Shown here: positions 19,725-29,797 of the stretch, in pieces | Layout: each line of letters begins with the position of its first letter | Position numbering within the stretch: position 1 is the first letter of the stretch | Assembly: GCA_963665815.1 (NCBI GenBank) | Contig: OY762463.1 | Span: forward strand, 2,528,001-2,592,000 | Reading direction: 5' to 3' | Length of the DNA stretch: 64,000 nucleotides | Origin: Candidatus Cloacimonadales bacterium | GTDB lineage: Bacteria > Cloacimonadota > Cloacimonadia > Cloacimonadales > JAIOQZ01 | Notes under the pieces: generated by a model | Told to the model about the DNA's origin: nothing | Seen by the model: the letters and a program-made list of their open reading frames with translations, nothing else | Database searches by the model: none | Translations under genes and position numbers: made by a program

Positions 19725-21779
19725 ATGAATATATATAATCTGATTGGGGTTGCCAATAAACAATTTTTTGACGTTTTTAGCGAAAGCAGCATAAAAAAAA
19801 TGGAAGAAGGCTTAAAGCAAAAGAAAGAAAAAACTTATTTAACCTGCTTGAAGCGTGAAAAAGAAATTATAGCAAAGCCGGAAGAAATTGTAAGACAACT
19901 TATGCTTCATAAACTAGTTGAAGAATATAATTATCCTCTGGATTTAATTAGGGTTGAATATACTGTACCATTTGGACGAGAAAAGAAATTAGCAGACATT
20001 GTAATTCTCAATAAAGAGGACAAGACCAGCGTATATTGTGTTCTTGAGATAAAAAAGCATAAAGCTAAAGATGGGAAGGAACAGCTCAAAAGCTACACAA
20101 ATGCAACCGGAGCACCTCTTGCAGTCTGGACTAATGGAATGGAGATTGACTATTATGAAAGACTCGACCCAAACTATTTTGAACCTCTTTCTGACATTCC
20201 AAAGTATGATGAAACAATAGAAGATGTAAAAAATGAGATTTTCACTTACCTAGAACTTATGCAGAAAGACAGGCTTGCAGAAGAGATGAAAACGTTGAAA
20301 AAGCTGATCCAGGAAATGGAAGATGAAGTTCTGGCAAATGCCGGAGTTGATGTTTTCGAAGAAGTTTTCAAGCTCATTTTTACTAAGCTGTATGATGAAA
20401 TGGAAAGTGCCGGAGATAGAGAATTCATTGAAAGAGACTTTAAGAAAATACGCAGATATAATATTGGAATGAGTGACAGAGATATCTTGGCTCAATTGAT
20501 AGATGAAAATAAAGATAATGCTAATGATTATAGAAAACTGCAGTTCAGAAGTCGAGGTGATGCTCATCTGACTAAAAAAACAATTAACATGTTATTCCTT
20601 AAGGCCAAAAATAAATGGAGTGGAATCTTTGAAAAAGGAGAACCAATCAGGATTTCCGATGAAAACCATTTACAGATATGTGTTGGTTTCCTGCAGAATG
20701 TAAAACTTTTCAACTCCAACTTGCAGGTAATAGATGAAGCTTTTGAATATCTCGTTAATAAATCTGCCAAAGGTGAAAAAGGCCAGTACTTTACTCCCAG
20801 AAATGTTATAGATATGTGCGTTTATATGCTTAACCCTCAAGCCAATGAATACATGATTGATACTGCATGCGGCAGTTGCGGTTTTACAGTTCATACACTA
20901 TTTAATGTCTGGAAAAAACTTGTTAATGACGGTAAAGCACAATTTGCGAATTTCTCAAATCAGAAACTTACTCCTGAACAAAAAGAGTATGTTGAAAAGG
21001 TGTTTGGAATTGACTTCGATGAAAAATCTGTTCGCGTTGCCAGAACTCTGAATATGATTGCCGGTGACGGTAAAACCAATGTACTGCACTTGAATACACT
21101 CGATTATTCCAGATGGAGTGAGAAGCAAAAAAACAGAGAGTGGACAAAAACATATAATGATGGATATAACAGACTTCTGGATCTGGCTGTTGATGCCGAA
21201 AATCCGAAAGAATTTAACTTTGATATTGTTATGGCGAATCCACCATTTGCAGGAGATATAAAGGATAGTAGACTAATAGCCAACTATGAAGTTGCATTTA
21301 AAAACAATAAAAAACTCAGCAAGGTTTCCAGAGATATATTGTTTATAGAACGAAATCTGGACTTCCTTAAACCGGGTGGAAGAATGGCAATTGTTCTCCC
21401 ACAGGGACGCTTTAACAATACTTCCGATAAAAGAATAAGAGATTATGTAATGCAGAAAGCCAGACTGCTTGCTGTTGTAGGCTTAGATGGAAATACATTT
21501 AAACCGCACACAGGAACTAAAACGTCCGTTTTATTTGTGCAGAAATGGGAAGAAAATATTAATCCCGAGCTGGATGATTACCCGGTATTTATGGCTGTTT
21601 CTGAGAACTCAGGTAAGGATAACTCAGGACAGGAAATTTATGAAACCAATATGCATGGTGAATTAATGCTTGATGAACATAACCATTTGATACAGAAACA
21701 CGATCTTGCAGAGATTGCTTATGCTTTTGAAAAATGGGCTAAACAACAAGGGCTTTCGTTTTGGAGTCAGGATGAGTGA
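19725..21779 (+). CDS. Fused restriction endonuclease (HSDR_N-type) / N6-adenine DNA methyltransferase
   Basis: PEEIVRQ...ADIV...LEIK...WTNG nuclease domain; GQYFTPR, DTACGSCGF (motif I) and NPPF (motif IV). Confidence 0.92.
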   Translation: MNIYNLIGVANKQFFDVFSESSIKKMEEGLKQKKEKTYLTCLKREKEIIAKPEEIVRQLMLHKLVEEYNYPLDLIRVEYTVPFGREKKLADIVILNKEDKTSVYCVLEIKKHKAKDGKEQLKSYTNATGAPLAVWTNGMEIDYYERLDPNYFEPLSDIPKYDETIEDVKNEIFTYLELMQKDRLAEEMKTLKKLIQEMEDEVLANAGVDVFEEVFKLIFTKLYDEMESAGDREFIERDFKKIRRYNIGMSDRDILAQLIDENKDNANDYRKLQFRSRGDAHLTKKTINMLFLKAKNKWSGIFEKGEPIRISDENHLQICVGFLQNVKLFNSNLQVIDEAFEYLVNKSAKGEKGQYFTPRNVIDMCVYMLNPQANEYMIDTACGSCGFTVHTLFNVWKKLVNDGKAQFANFSNQKLTPEQKEYVEKVFGIDFDEKSVRVARTLNMIAGDGKTNVLHLNTLDYSRWSEKQKNREWTKTYNDGYNRLLDLAVDAENPKEFNFDIVMANPPFAGDIKDSRLIANYEVAFKNNKKLSKVSRDILFIERNLDFLKPGGRMAIVLPQGRFNNTSDKRIRDYVMQKARLLAVVGLDGNTFKPHTGTKTSVLFVQKWEENINPELDDYPVFMAVSENSGKDNSGQEIYETNMHGELMLDEHNHLIQKHDLAEIAYAFEKWAKQQGLSFWSQDE

Positions 21780-22164
21780 TATAATTATTTATAATAATGA
21801 CAATGGTGATGTCAGACTCAAAGTCAATTTACTGGACGAAACAGTATGGTTAACTCAAGAGCAGATTTCTGTTTTATATGGAAAAGCTAAATCAACAATT
21901 AATGAACATATAAAAAATATCTTCAGAGATGGAGAGTTAATCGAGAGTGAATCTTTAAAGAAATTCGGAATTTCCGAATTTCAGCAAAAAGTCCCTAATA
22001 GTTACAATCTCGACGTTATTATTTCGGTTGGTTACAGAGCCAGGTCACTTGAAGGTACAAAATTCAGGAGCAAAGAAAGCAAAAAACTTGTTTCAGATTT
22101 TGATAAAGATGTTAAACAACTTATAAAGAAAGTGAAAAACAATGGCACAAATAAGTTTAATTAA
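21772..22164 (+). CDS. RhuM-family protein, short, apparently internally deleted
   Basis: ETVWLTQ..I..LYG...STINEHIKNIF..GEL...YNLDVIISVGYR, then a jump to a SDFDK C-terminal segment; 130 aa. Confidence 0.75.
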   Translation: MSDIIIYNNDNGDVRLKVNLLDETVWLTQEQISVLYGKAKSTINEHIKNIFRDGELIESESLKKFGISEFQQKVPNSYNLDVIISVGYRARSLEGTKFRSKESKKLVSDFDKDVKQLIKKVKNNGTNKFN

Positions 22165-23530
22165 TAAGAGTGATATAGTTAAGAGTAATAGAATAGATTC
22201 CGAGTTCTATAGTCCTGAGTACTTGCATTACGAAAAAATTATTGATTCAATAAACTCCTTAAGTATTGTGGATATTGATTGTACTTTAGATTGCAGCGCT
22301 TTTTATCCATCAATTACAGATTATTATAATTTTGATAAAAAAGGGATACCTTTTTTGAGAGTAAATGAAATTCAAAATGGCATGTTAGAAGTTACAGACA
22401 ATACTGCATTTTTACCCAATGATATAGTTAATGAATACTCTTCCAACATTAAGATAGCTTATCCTGGTGATATTATAATTGCCAAAGGAGGAAACAGCTT
22501 GGGAAAAGTATGTATTATCACAGCTCAATATGAGTATTACTCTGTTTGCAGAGATTTAATAATTCTAAGTACCAATAATTTAAAGTATATCAATAATTAT
22601 CTGCTATGGCTGTACTTACATAGTGACTATGGTCAGAAAATGATTCTGAGAACTGCAAGTCAAACAGGTCAACCGCATATTACAATTAATTCAATAGGAA
22701 AATTGAAAATCCCCATACTGCCAGAAATAAATAATGTGATTGCTTCTCAGTTCCAAGATCACATAAAACTGAATCAACTCTCCAAACAGCTCTACAAGGA
22801 AGCAGAGAATATACTACTACAGGAGCTTAACCTATTAGATTTTAAGCCTGAGCATAAACTTACATTTGAAGCAACAAAATCTGACATAGAAAACGCAGAA
22901 AGATTTGATTCAGAGTATTTCCAGCCTAAGTATGAGGAGATAATTAAGAAAATTGAAGAATATGAAGGCGGTTGGGATTATGTTGAGAACTTACTCAGTT
23001 TTAATAGTAATAATTTTTTCCCTGATTCCAATACGGAGTATTATTACGTGCCATTATCAAAAGTGACTAATGCAGGAGAGATTCTAGAAATTGAGAAAGA
23101 ATATGGCAAAAATTTACCAACCAGAGCAAGACGAAAAGTTAAAACAGGAGAGGTAATATTATCTTCGATTGAGGGGAGTATAGAAACTTCTGCTTTGATT
23201 GGTGCCGAGAATAATGATTACATTGTTTCAAATGGATTCTATGTATTCAGTTCTAAAAAAATTAACTCCGAATCTTTGTTTGTGTTGTTCAAATCAAGTA
23301 TAATGCTTGAATTACTTAGAAAAATTTCAAAAGGAGCAATATTAGGAGGGTATGATTTAAGTAGTTTTAAAACTCTTAAAATCCCTCTTATAAAGCCTGA
23401 AGTTCAAGAGCAGATTGCAGACAAAGTCAGGGAATCACATAGACTCAGAAAAGAGAGCAAACAGCTTTTGGAAGATGCAAAGCTCATGGTTGAACAAGAA
23501 ATAGAGAAGAATGCAAAAGGGTTTGTATAG
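22142..23530 (+). CDS. R-M specificity (HsdS-like) subunit
   Basis: Two TRD-containing halves, each starting R(I/F)DSE(F/Y) and ending LKIP...; C-terminal helix EQIADKV...LLEDAKLMVE. Confidence 0.88.
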   Translation: MAQISLINKSDIVKSNRIDSEFYSPEYLHYEKIIDSINSLSIVDIDCTLDCSAFYPSITDYYNFDKKGIPFLRVNEIQNGMLEVTDNTAFLPNDIVNEYSSNIKIAYPGDIIIAKGGNSLGKVCIITAQYEYYSVCRDLIILSTNNLKYINNYLLWLYLHSDYGQKMILRTASQTGQPHITINSIGKLKIPILPEINNVIASQFQDHIKLNQLSKQLYKEAENILLQELNLLDFKPEHKLTFEATKSDIENAERFDSEYFQPKYEEIIKKIEEYEGGWDYVENLLSFNSNNFFPDSNTEYYYVPLSKVTNAGEILEIEKEYGKNLPTRARRKVKTGEVILSSIEGSIETSALIGAENNDYIVSNGFYVFSSKKINSESLFVLFKSSIMLELLRKISKGAILGGYDLSSFKTLKIPLIKPEVQEQIADKVRESHRLRKESKQLLEDAKLMVEQEIEKNAKGFV

Positions 23531-23784
23531 TCTGTTTTTCTACTTCTTTTATCTATTCTTAGATTCTGAATCTACAAACTGAAAATGAAGGATTGTTGTG
23601 TACAGAAAACAGATGTAGATGCTTGAACTTACACCCAGGGAAAACAATCTTTGTACGGACTTGAATTCGCTGTATTATGCTATCTAAAATACGTTTGGGC
23701 AACAATATCTTTATATGCTGGCAGGGATGCATGCGTACAGCTTACTCTGATCACATTTGGAATGAGTGTTCGTTTTCAAGCTGC

Positions 23785-23808
23785 GTAGAGACAACCGGAC
23801 GATTGTCT
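23785..23808. repeat. REP-like repeat, copy 7 (inverted orientation)
   Basis: GTAGAGACAACCGGACGATTGTCT; a GATGTTTTCAAGAAATTCATCC module follows near 23844. Confidence 0.75.
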
Positions 23809-24024
23809 AATTATGATCTCTTGGGGAATGGTTGTAACCCATAGATGTTTTCAAGAAATTCATCCAAATTATAATCAATAGTATGATAATTGATTTTAAT
23901 ACTCCTCTTGATAAAAGAGATTTATTAGCAAAGTTGTATGCAACTTCTATGTTTTGAGCGATTATCTTTTATCTATTTCTTCAAAACTTTTAGTGCTGTT
24001 TAAAAAATATTTGAACAGTGTATC

Positions 24025-25107
24025 CTACTTCATCATCAGTTCAACAAACTTATCCCAGTTAAATCCTATATGTGTCAGGATAGAGATATAATCATCTTTC
24101 TCTATCTTTGTTTCAGGGGTCGGGCAGGTATCCGGAATACCATTCTTGACCAGAGCAAATGTATTCACTCTGATATTGTTTTTATGTGAAGTCTCCAGCA
24201 TTTTTCTGGTGAAATCACCCCAGCTCCAGCCAACCAGTTTCTCCGAACTGACAGTGTGCGGATTAGCCCCTTCCGTATTAGAAAGCAGTTTTTCTATAAT
24301 TCTGGCAGAATATTTATCCTGGCACTCCTGTACTACAGCGTTAATACCTATTTCCTCTATCACCTGAGTAGATATGGATTTTTCGAATAACCAACCATGA
24401 TCAGGATCGACAAGTATATGGATAATTCGTGTTTTATCTGGGTTAATAAACTGACTAACAAGCTTGGTTATTGTCTCGGTTGTAGAATCGGATTCAGATA
24501 CTGCGGAATCAAATGGGAACACAATCACAGCTTTTGCATCACCAAGGTTTGCTCTTTCGTAAGTCGATCTGTCCAGCAGTCCACCTCTCACAAATCGCAC
24601 ATCGCCTGTCATAATAATCTCTTTCGGAAGTTCTTCCAGTCGGGAATCTATGATGCATAATGGAGCGTGTTCTTCCTTTCTGCGAATCTCGGTAATGAAT
24701 TTTTCAGTCTTAGCTGTTCCCGGAAAATTGAATATGATGTATCCGTTTTTATGTGTGTTATCCATAAGTCCCATCCTTATTTTTTCTCTTCTGCTTGTCA
24801 CAAAATCAACTGAATACCCGATAATCACAGGTAAATAAGATATTGTAATTGTTCCGAAGAACATAGTCATCAGTCTGCCCCAGAGTCCTTCTGCCGGAGC
24901 ATTTCCATAGCCTACTGTCGTAGCTGTCTGCCAGGTCTGCCATATAGCTTCTATCCAGGTTGTTTTCTCAAAAAATCTGTAGCCCAGAGCAAACAAAGCA
25001 CAACTAAGCAGGAATGTAAGTATAACATTCAGCAGATGCAGCAGTGTCCGCTGGCTATGCTTAAGCTTGATTCTGAGTTTTCTTGGTAATATATAGAGTA
25101 AAAGCAT
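24025..25107 (-). CDS. Two-TM potassium channel with RCK/TrkA-type domain
   Basis: TATTVGYG selectivity filter between two TM helices; YERANLGDAKAVIV RCK-like segment. Confidence 0.9.
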   Translation of the reverse strand: MLLLYILPRKLRIKLKHSQRTLLHLLNVILTFLLSCALFALGYRFFEKTTWIEAIWQTWQTATTVGYGNAPAEGLWGRLMTMFFGTITISYLPVIIGYSVDFVTSRREKIRMGLMDNTHKNGYIIFNFPGTAKTEKFITEIRRKEEHAPLCIIDSRLEELPKEIIMTGDVRFVRGGLLDRSTYERANLGDAKAVIVFPFDSAVSESDSTTETITKLVSQFINPDKTRIIHILVDPDHGWLFEKSISTQVIEEIGINAVVQECQDKYSARIIEKLLSNTEGANPHTVSSEKLVGWSWGDFTRKMLETSHKNNIRVNTFALVKNGIPDTCPTPETKIEKDDYISILTHIGFNWDKFVELMMK

Positions 25108-25136
25108 ACGCTGTCCTTCTATAATTTGTTAAGGTT

Positions 25137-26858
25137 CTATTCTACTTTCCAGCTGTCATTTATGTAATGTTCCAGAATAATCGGATACATCAGAGTACTG
25201 ACATCATTATATTTCGACACAAGTGATTTTTTCCCGAACACGAGAGAAGCTCTGAATTGCTCAGGAGTAAGATATGATGTTTCGACGGAGAAAGAATCTA
25301 TTTCACCTATCATCTGTAACAGGAAGTCTTTTGTAATATGTTCCTTACCTGCAATGTACCAGCCCCAGTCACCGAAACTCGGAACATTATCGTGGTACGG
25401 TAATGTATTAAATCCAGCATGCTCCAATGTTCTGCCAATACAAAGGTATGCTTCTTTAGCATGGTATGGAGATGTAGACTGAATACTCATCAATCCGTCA
25501 TTTGCCAGAGCAAGATTCAGTTTTCCATAGAAAGAACTGCTGTATAATTTAGAAAGCTCCACACTGTTAGGATCAGGTAAATCCACAATAATCACATCCC
25601 ACTTTTTCTTCTGGCCATCCAGAAATTTATCTGCGTCGATATTGAAAACATTTACTCGTGCAACTCTCTTAGTAACAGGTCGTTTATTAACTAATTTACC
25701 TGTCTCCTGGTATATATCCCTGAAAAGTGTATCAGTTATGACTCCTGCTGATTTTATTGCTTTAACTTTCGCACTTGAAAACGAGTTTTCATTCAGCTTT
25801 GTCAGAATATCATTTTGGGAGCAGAATTCAACCATCTCCGGGTCAAGATCCACAAGTACAACCTGTTTTACGTCCTGGTACTTGAGAACTTCTCTGAGAG
25901 CAAGTCCGTCACCACCACCAAGAATCAGTACATTTTCTCTGCTGGCTGCAAGTTCCATAACCGGATGCACTAATTGTTCATGGTAGATTTTTTCGTCCAG
26001 ACTGGAGAACTGCAGATTCCCGTTGATGTAAAAGCGATATTCATTAATGAAAGAGTTGTGAGTCATTACCAGATGCTGATATTTTGTTGTATGTGAAAAT
26101 TCTATTTTATCTTCGTAAAGTCTCTGTTCTGTCTTGAAGTTCCAGTTTCTGTTGCTTTTATAGCCAAACAAAAGAACAGTTATTACAAGTATAAACATGA
26201 GAATCGGAATAACTTTGTTTTTTATCAGTCCATGCTTCATGAAGTACATACATGTAACAACTGCAACTCCAAAATTTAGCATTGCCAGCAGAAAACTGAT
26301 TTCTGTCAGCGGGAAGTTCTTAAGCAGTACTTTAACCCAGATCCAGGCACCAATAAACGAACCCACATAATCTGCAGCAGAGACAACTGCTACATTAGCT
26401 CTGAGTGTCTTTGAAAAGCTCTCGTTTATACGCAGGATTAGAGGTATTTCAAAGCCGATCAGGAATCCGATACTGAGAATCAGTGAATACTGCACCAGCA
26501 TGAAGTGGTTTTCCATGAAGCCGTAAGACGCATACATGGCAATAGGAGCATAACTCCCGATAATAGCCAGCAGAATCTCAATGACTATGAAAGATCTGAT
26601 CAGATTATTGTCTGAAAAGAACTTCTGCAGCCAGCTTGCAACCCCCATCATAAACAGCATAAGGGCTATGGTGATACTGAATTGTTCTATACTGCTCCCC
26701 AGAATATAGGTAGAAACAGTACTCAAAACGTATTCTGTTACGAGACCGGACGCACCGGTAGCAAGCATGGAAATCGCCAGAAAGAACGTAGCGAACGACA
26801 GTTTTTTCTGATCAGTAGCACTGACTGTTTTATTATCTGATATCGTCATCATCTCCAA
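25137..26858 (-). CDS. speE: Membrane-anchored polyamine aminopropyltransferase (spermidine synthase family)
   Basis: About 7 N-terminal TM helices; INGNLQFSSLDE..YHE, VLILGGGDGLALRE, DLPDP, KLYS and VPSFGDWG motifs. Confidence 0.92.
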   Translation of the reverse strand: MEMMTISDNKTVSATDQKKLSFATFFLAISMLATGASGLVTEYVLSTVSTYILGSSIEQFSITIALMLFMMGVASWLQKFFSDNNLIRSFIVIEILLAIIGSYAPIAMYASYGFMENHFMLVQYSLILSIGFLIGFEIPLILRINESFSKTLRANVAVVSAADYVGSFIGAWIWVKVLLKNFPLTEISFLLAMLNFGVAVVTCMYFMKHGLIKNKVIPILMFILVITVLLFGYKSNRNWNFKTEQRLYEDKIEFSHTTKYQHLVMTHNSFINEYRFYINGNLQFSSLDEKIYHEQLVHPVMELAASRENVLILGGGDGLALREVLKYQDVKQVVLVDLDPEMVEFCSQNDILTKLNENSFSSAKVKAIKSAGVITDTLFRDIYQETGKLVNKRPVTKRVARVNVFNIDADKFLDGQKKKWDVIIVDLPDPNSVELSKLYSSSFYGKLNLALANDGLMSIQSTSPYHAKEAYLCIGRTLEHAGFNTLPYHDNVPSFGDWGWYIAGKEHITKDFLLQMIGEIDSFSVETSYLTPEQFRASLVFGKKSLVSKYNDVSTLMYPIILEHYINDSWKVE

Positions 26859-27725
26859 TTAAAGCAGGGTTGAAATCAGAAGAGCAAATCCGATGTTGAT
26901 GAATTGAGCTACCAGAACAGCAGCAATGTTTTTGTCTCTTTTTATCTCTGTGTTAAGTGTTGTATGAGGAAGGAAAATCCTGTCTATCAGAGGAATGAGG
27001 ATGATTAATACGACAATCCCGATCAGTGCACTGAGACCGAATGCTTTAAGGTCTGTAACCCAGTCTGTGAATGGTCCCATAATAGATTTTCTGAGGATCA
27101 GTCCAAGAGCAATTGACACACCGGCAGCCATAACACCTGCTGAAGCATTAGCATCTTTTATCTCGTTAATCCATTTGAATGGTGTAAGTAATTCATAGAG
27201 TTTCAGTGCGATTATAAGCACTGCCTGACCAATAGCGAAGAAAGCTATTATACTGAGAAAATCAGTACATAATGAGTTCATATTGCTTTCCAGAACAGGT
27301 GTTGAATCTCCCATTATACTTGCAGATATAATCAGAGCTGAAGATATGTAAATTCCAAGCTCTACGAGTCCAACTGCAGAGTTTCCTTCTTTACAGGCTT
27401 CATCGTTTTTAATACCGTTAAGTATAATGTTATCTGCAACAAGTCTGGCAAAGAATAACAGTATAAAGCCGAGGATGCCATACACTACCAAGTCAACTAT
27501 ATCGTTCAGAAGTCCGTTGGTTGTTCCCAGAAATACTGAGCTCATTACTATCATTCCACCGAGGTAAAGCCCTGCTCTGCGTGCTCCAACCGCGAAATTT
27601 GAATTCTCTTCTATCTCATGATCATCATCTATGTTTTTTGTTCTGAAATCAGCAATTTTCTTAACAATAAAAGTAATAATCAGTGCTATTAACACACTCA
27701 CAATATCATTTAAAATTTTGTTCAT
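26859..27725 (-). CDS. DUF350 membrane protein (multi-repeat)
   Basis: Repeated EIEENSNFAVG / CKEGNSAVG / EIKDANASAG / EIKRDKNIAA motifs between TM pairs. Confidence 0.85.
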   Translation of the reverse strand: MNKILNDIVSVLIALIITFIVKKIADFRTKNIDDDHEIEENSNFAVGARRAGLYLGGMIVMSSVFLGTTNGLLNDIVDLVVYGILGFILLFFARLVADNIILNGIKNDEACKEGNSAVGLVELGIYISSALIISASIMGDSTPVLESNMNSLCTDFLSIIAFFAIGQAVLIIALKLYELLTPFKWINEIKDANASAGVMAAGVSIALGLILRKSIMGPFTDWVTDLKAFGLSALIGIVVLIILIPLIDRIFLPHTTLNTEIKRDKNIAAVLVAQFINIGFALLISTLL

Positions 27726-27739
27726 CTATTTCTCCTTGA

Positions 27740-29245
27740 TTATTTTCCGCCGGCTCCGGGACCTCTACCGCGAGATGTTCTTCCCGCTCCTCTCACAGAA
27801 GTCGCCTGACTTTTAAAGCTTTTAGTTTTTCCGTAACTTGATCCTTGATAACGTTTATCACTCTGTACTGCACTGCCATAAGTTCCATAGACATCATCGT
27901 CTCTGCCGTAGTAGGCTTTTCTACCTCTATATGAACCATGCCAGGTATTCCAGTCATTATAATAGTATCTTCTACCGCCAAACATTGTACCGTAAAAATG
28001 ATATCTACCGTACCATGCCCAGTATCTGTTTCCGCTTCTGTCTCTTTCCCAGCGTCCGCATTCTTTATTACCTACCAGAGCCATTCCTTCCGGTGTTGGC
28101 TGGGTCAGTTTCTCATCTTCGTAGAAACCGTATGGCTTGGCTACAACGTCCATACCAAGATCATCCTCGTGTTTTTCGTAAGTTTCTTCGCTTACTTCCC
28201 ACCAGTTTGTCTCGGTTCTCTCGCCATTTTCAGTAATTGCGAATTTATGATAGTATTTTTCATTAAGTTCAAGTTCTTCCGCCCAGATTTCATAGTCTGA
28301 CCCGGATTTAACCAGAAAACCGTCAGGATATTTATTGAAATGCTGTAGATATTTCTCGTATTCCTGCATTGTCAGACGTTCTTTTGTCTCTCCTACTTTT
28401 CTTGTGTTGTCATAATCAGCATAATTACTCCATGCGTATTTCACTAGAAGCACCCATGGATGAGGTTCCATTTTCATGTCTATTAAGGTTTTTGTGTAAC
28501 ACCTGTATAGCTGTTCAATCTTGAGTTTGTTATCTCCGAATTTCTTCTGAATAGTATTGAGCTCATCCGATACTAACTGACTTTTATCAACGATCAGAGC
28601 ATAATCAGGATTGTCATTCTTTGTCTCTGATTTCACCATTTTGTCAGCATTCTTCAGTGAATCCCAGTTCAAGTGAATACTTTTGATTCTGTTCTGTAGA
28701 TCTTCCTGTTTATTGCTGTAATCATCCTGTGCTTTTCGAGCCAGTTTATCATGTTCTTTAATTGTTGCTTTTGCTGTATTGAAATTCTTTTTATTAGTAT
28801 TAAGAACATCATTTGTGCTGTTAATAGCATGAAGTATTTTTTCAGCTCTTATCATTGGGTATGACGATTCTTTACCAGCATTTTTCATTACTGTTTTAAT
28901 ATCTTCCATCAGCTTCACTGCCTGAGGAATGGTTTCTTTTTTCTGCTTCTTTAACAGCGGAATCATCTGAGTTTCATACATGCTTTCAGCTTTGGCTATC
29001 TCCTGCTCAGCTTTATTCAGATGATCTTCCCAGTTTTCCTTTTCCGCATAGACTTTTACCATTGTGTAGTTCGAAGATTTTGTGAAATCCTGAAACTTTT
29101 TCCTTTTCTCAGAGGTTTTCCCTTTTACACTTGTTATTATCTCAGGTATTTCTTTTACTCTTCTTTTAAACTGCTTGTTCCAACATCCTGTCATCATCAG
29201 ACTGATTATCAGCAGCAGAAAAAGTATGTATTTTCTTTTGTTCAC
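27740..29245 (-). CDS. Lipoprotein with coiled coil and a Tyr/Gly/Arg-rich tail ending RGRGPGAGGK
   Basis: Lipobox MTGC; long helical region; PTPEGMALVGN...WAWYGRY segment; low-complexity C-terminal tail. Confidence 0.8.
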   Translation of the reverse strand: MNKRKYILFLLLIISLMMTGCWNKQFKRRVKEIPEIITSVKGKTSEKRKKFQDFTKSSNYTMVKVYAEKENWEDHLNKAEQEIAKAESMYETQMIPLLKKQKKETIPQAVKLMEDIKTVMKNAGKESSYPMIRAEKILHAINSTNDVLNTNKKNFNTAKATIKEHDKLARKAQDDYSNKQEDLQNRIKSIHLNWDSLKNADKMVKSETKNDNPDYALIVDKSQLVSDELNTIQKKFGDNKLKIEQLYRCYTKTLIDMKMEPHPWVLLVKYAWSNYADYDNTRKVGETKERLTMQEYEKYLQHFNKYPDGFLVKSGSDYEIWAEELELNEKYYHKFAITENGERTETNWWEVSEETYEKHEDDLGMDVVAKPYGFYEDEKLTQPTPEGMALVGNKECGRWERDRSGNRYWAWYGRYHFYGTMFGGRRYYYNDWNTWHGSYRGRKAYYGRDDDVYGTYGSAVQSDKRYQGSSYGKTKSFKSQATSVRGAGRTSRGRGPGAGGK

Positions 29246-29796
29246 TTATTACCTCCGTCTATATGCAAGGTCGTATAAGAATAGACTACATTATTTTCAT
29301 TCGGATAGGAATGTACCGTAGATATCTTTATCTTACATCCCTCATGCTCAAGCAGAACCATCGTTTTAGGTATTCCGGTATCATTTCCCGGAAACTCAAA
29401 AACAATACCTTTTGTTTTTTCTGCTTCAGTGTTGATTATGCTTTCAATTTTCTCAATACTTCCGGCTTCATCTATCAGTTTACACTTTTTCGCACTGAAT
29501 TCGTATTTATAGGTGTTTGAAAGCATCAGAGAGTGATTCCCATAGACTTTGTTAAGAGGACCACTCAGAAGAATCGCTGTTTCTTTTTTCACTCTGTTGC
29601 AGGCAAAAATCTCATGTAATATCAAGTCACCCATACGATAAGTTATAAGGTGACTTCCTCCAATAATCCTGAGTACTATCTTACATTCCTTACAGGAAAA
29701 AGACACTTCTTTCAGAATATTGAATTGAGATAAATCCAGTTTACCTTCAACAAGTGTGAGTATTAGATTGTTAGCGGATTGATCTAAATATTCCAT
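29242..29796 (-). CDS. DUF2617-family protein
   Basis: LRIIGGSH...EIFAC...FPG...KTMV...TVHSYP pattern matches the recalled DUF2617 motifs. Confidence 0.75.
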   Translation of the reverse strand: MEYLDQSANNLILTLVEGKLDLSQFNILKEVSFSCKECKIVLRIIGGSHLITYRMGDLILHEIFACNRVKKETAILLSGPLNKVYGNHSLMLSNTYKYEFSAKKCKLIDEAGSIEKIESIINTEAEKTKGIVFEFPGNDTGIPKTMVLLEHEGCKIKISTVHSYPNENNVVYSYTTLHIDGGNK

Positions 29797-29797
29797 T

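Noticed and set aside
19725-23530. Classical Type I R-M system
   Set aside because: No HsdR helicase in the locus; the nuclease domain is fused to the MTase.
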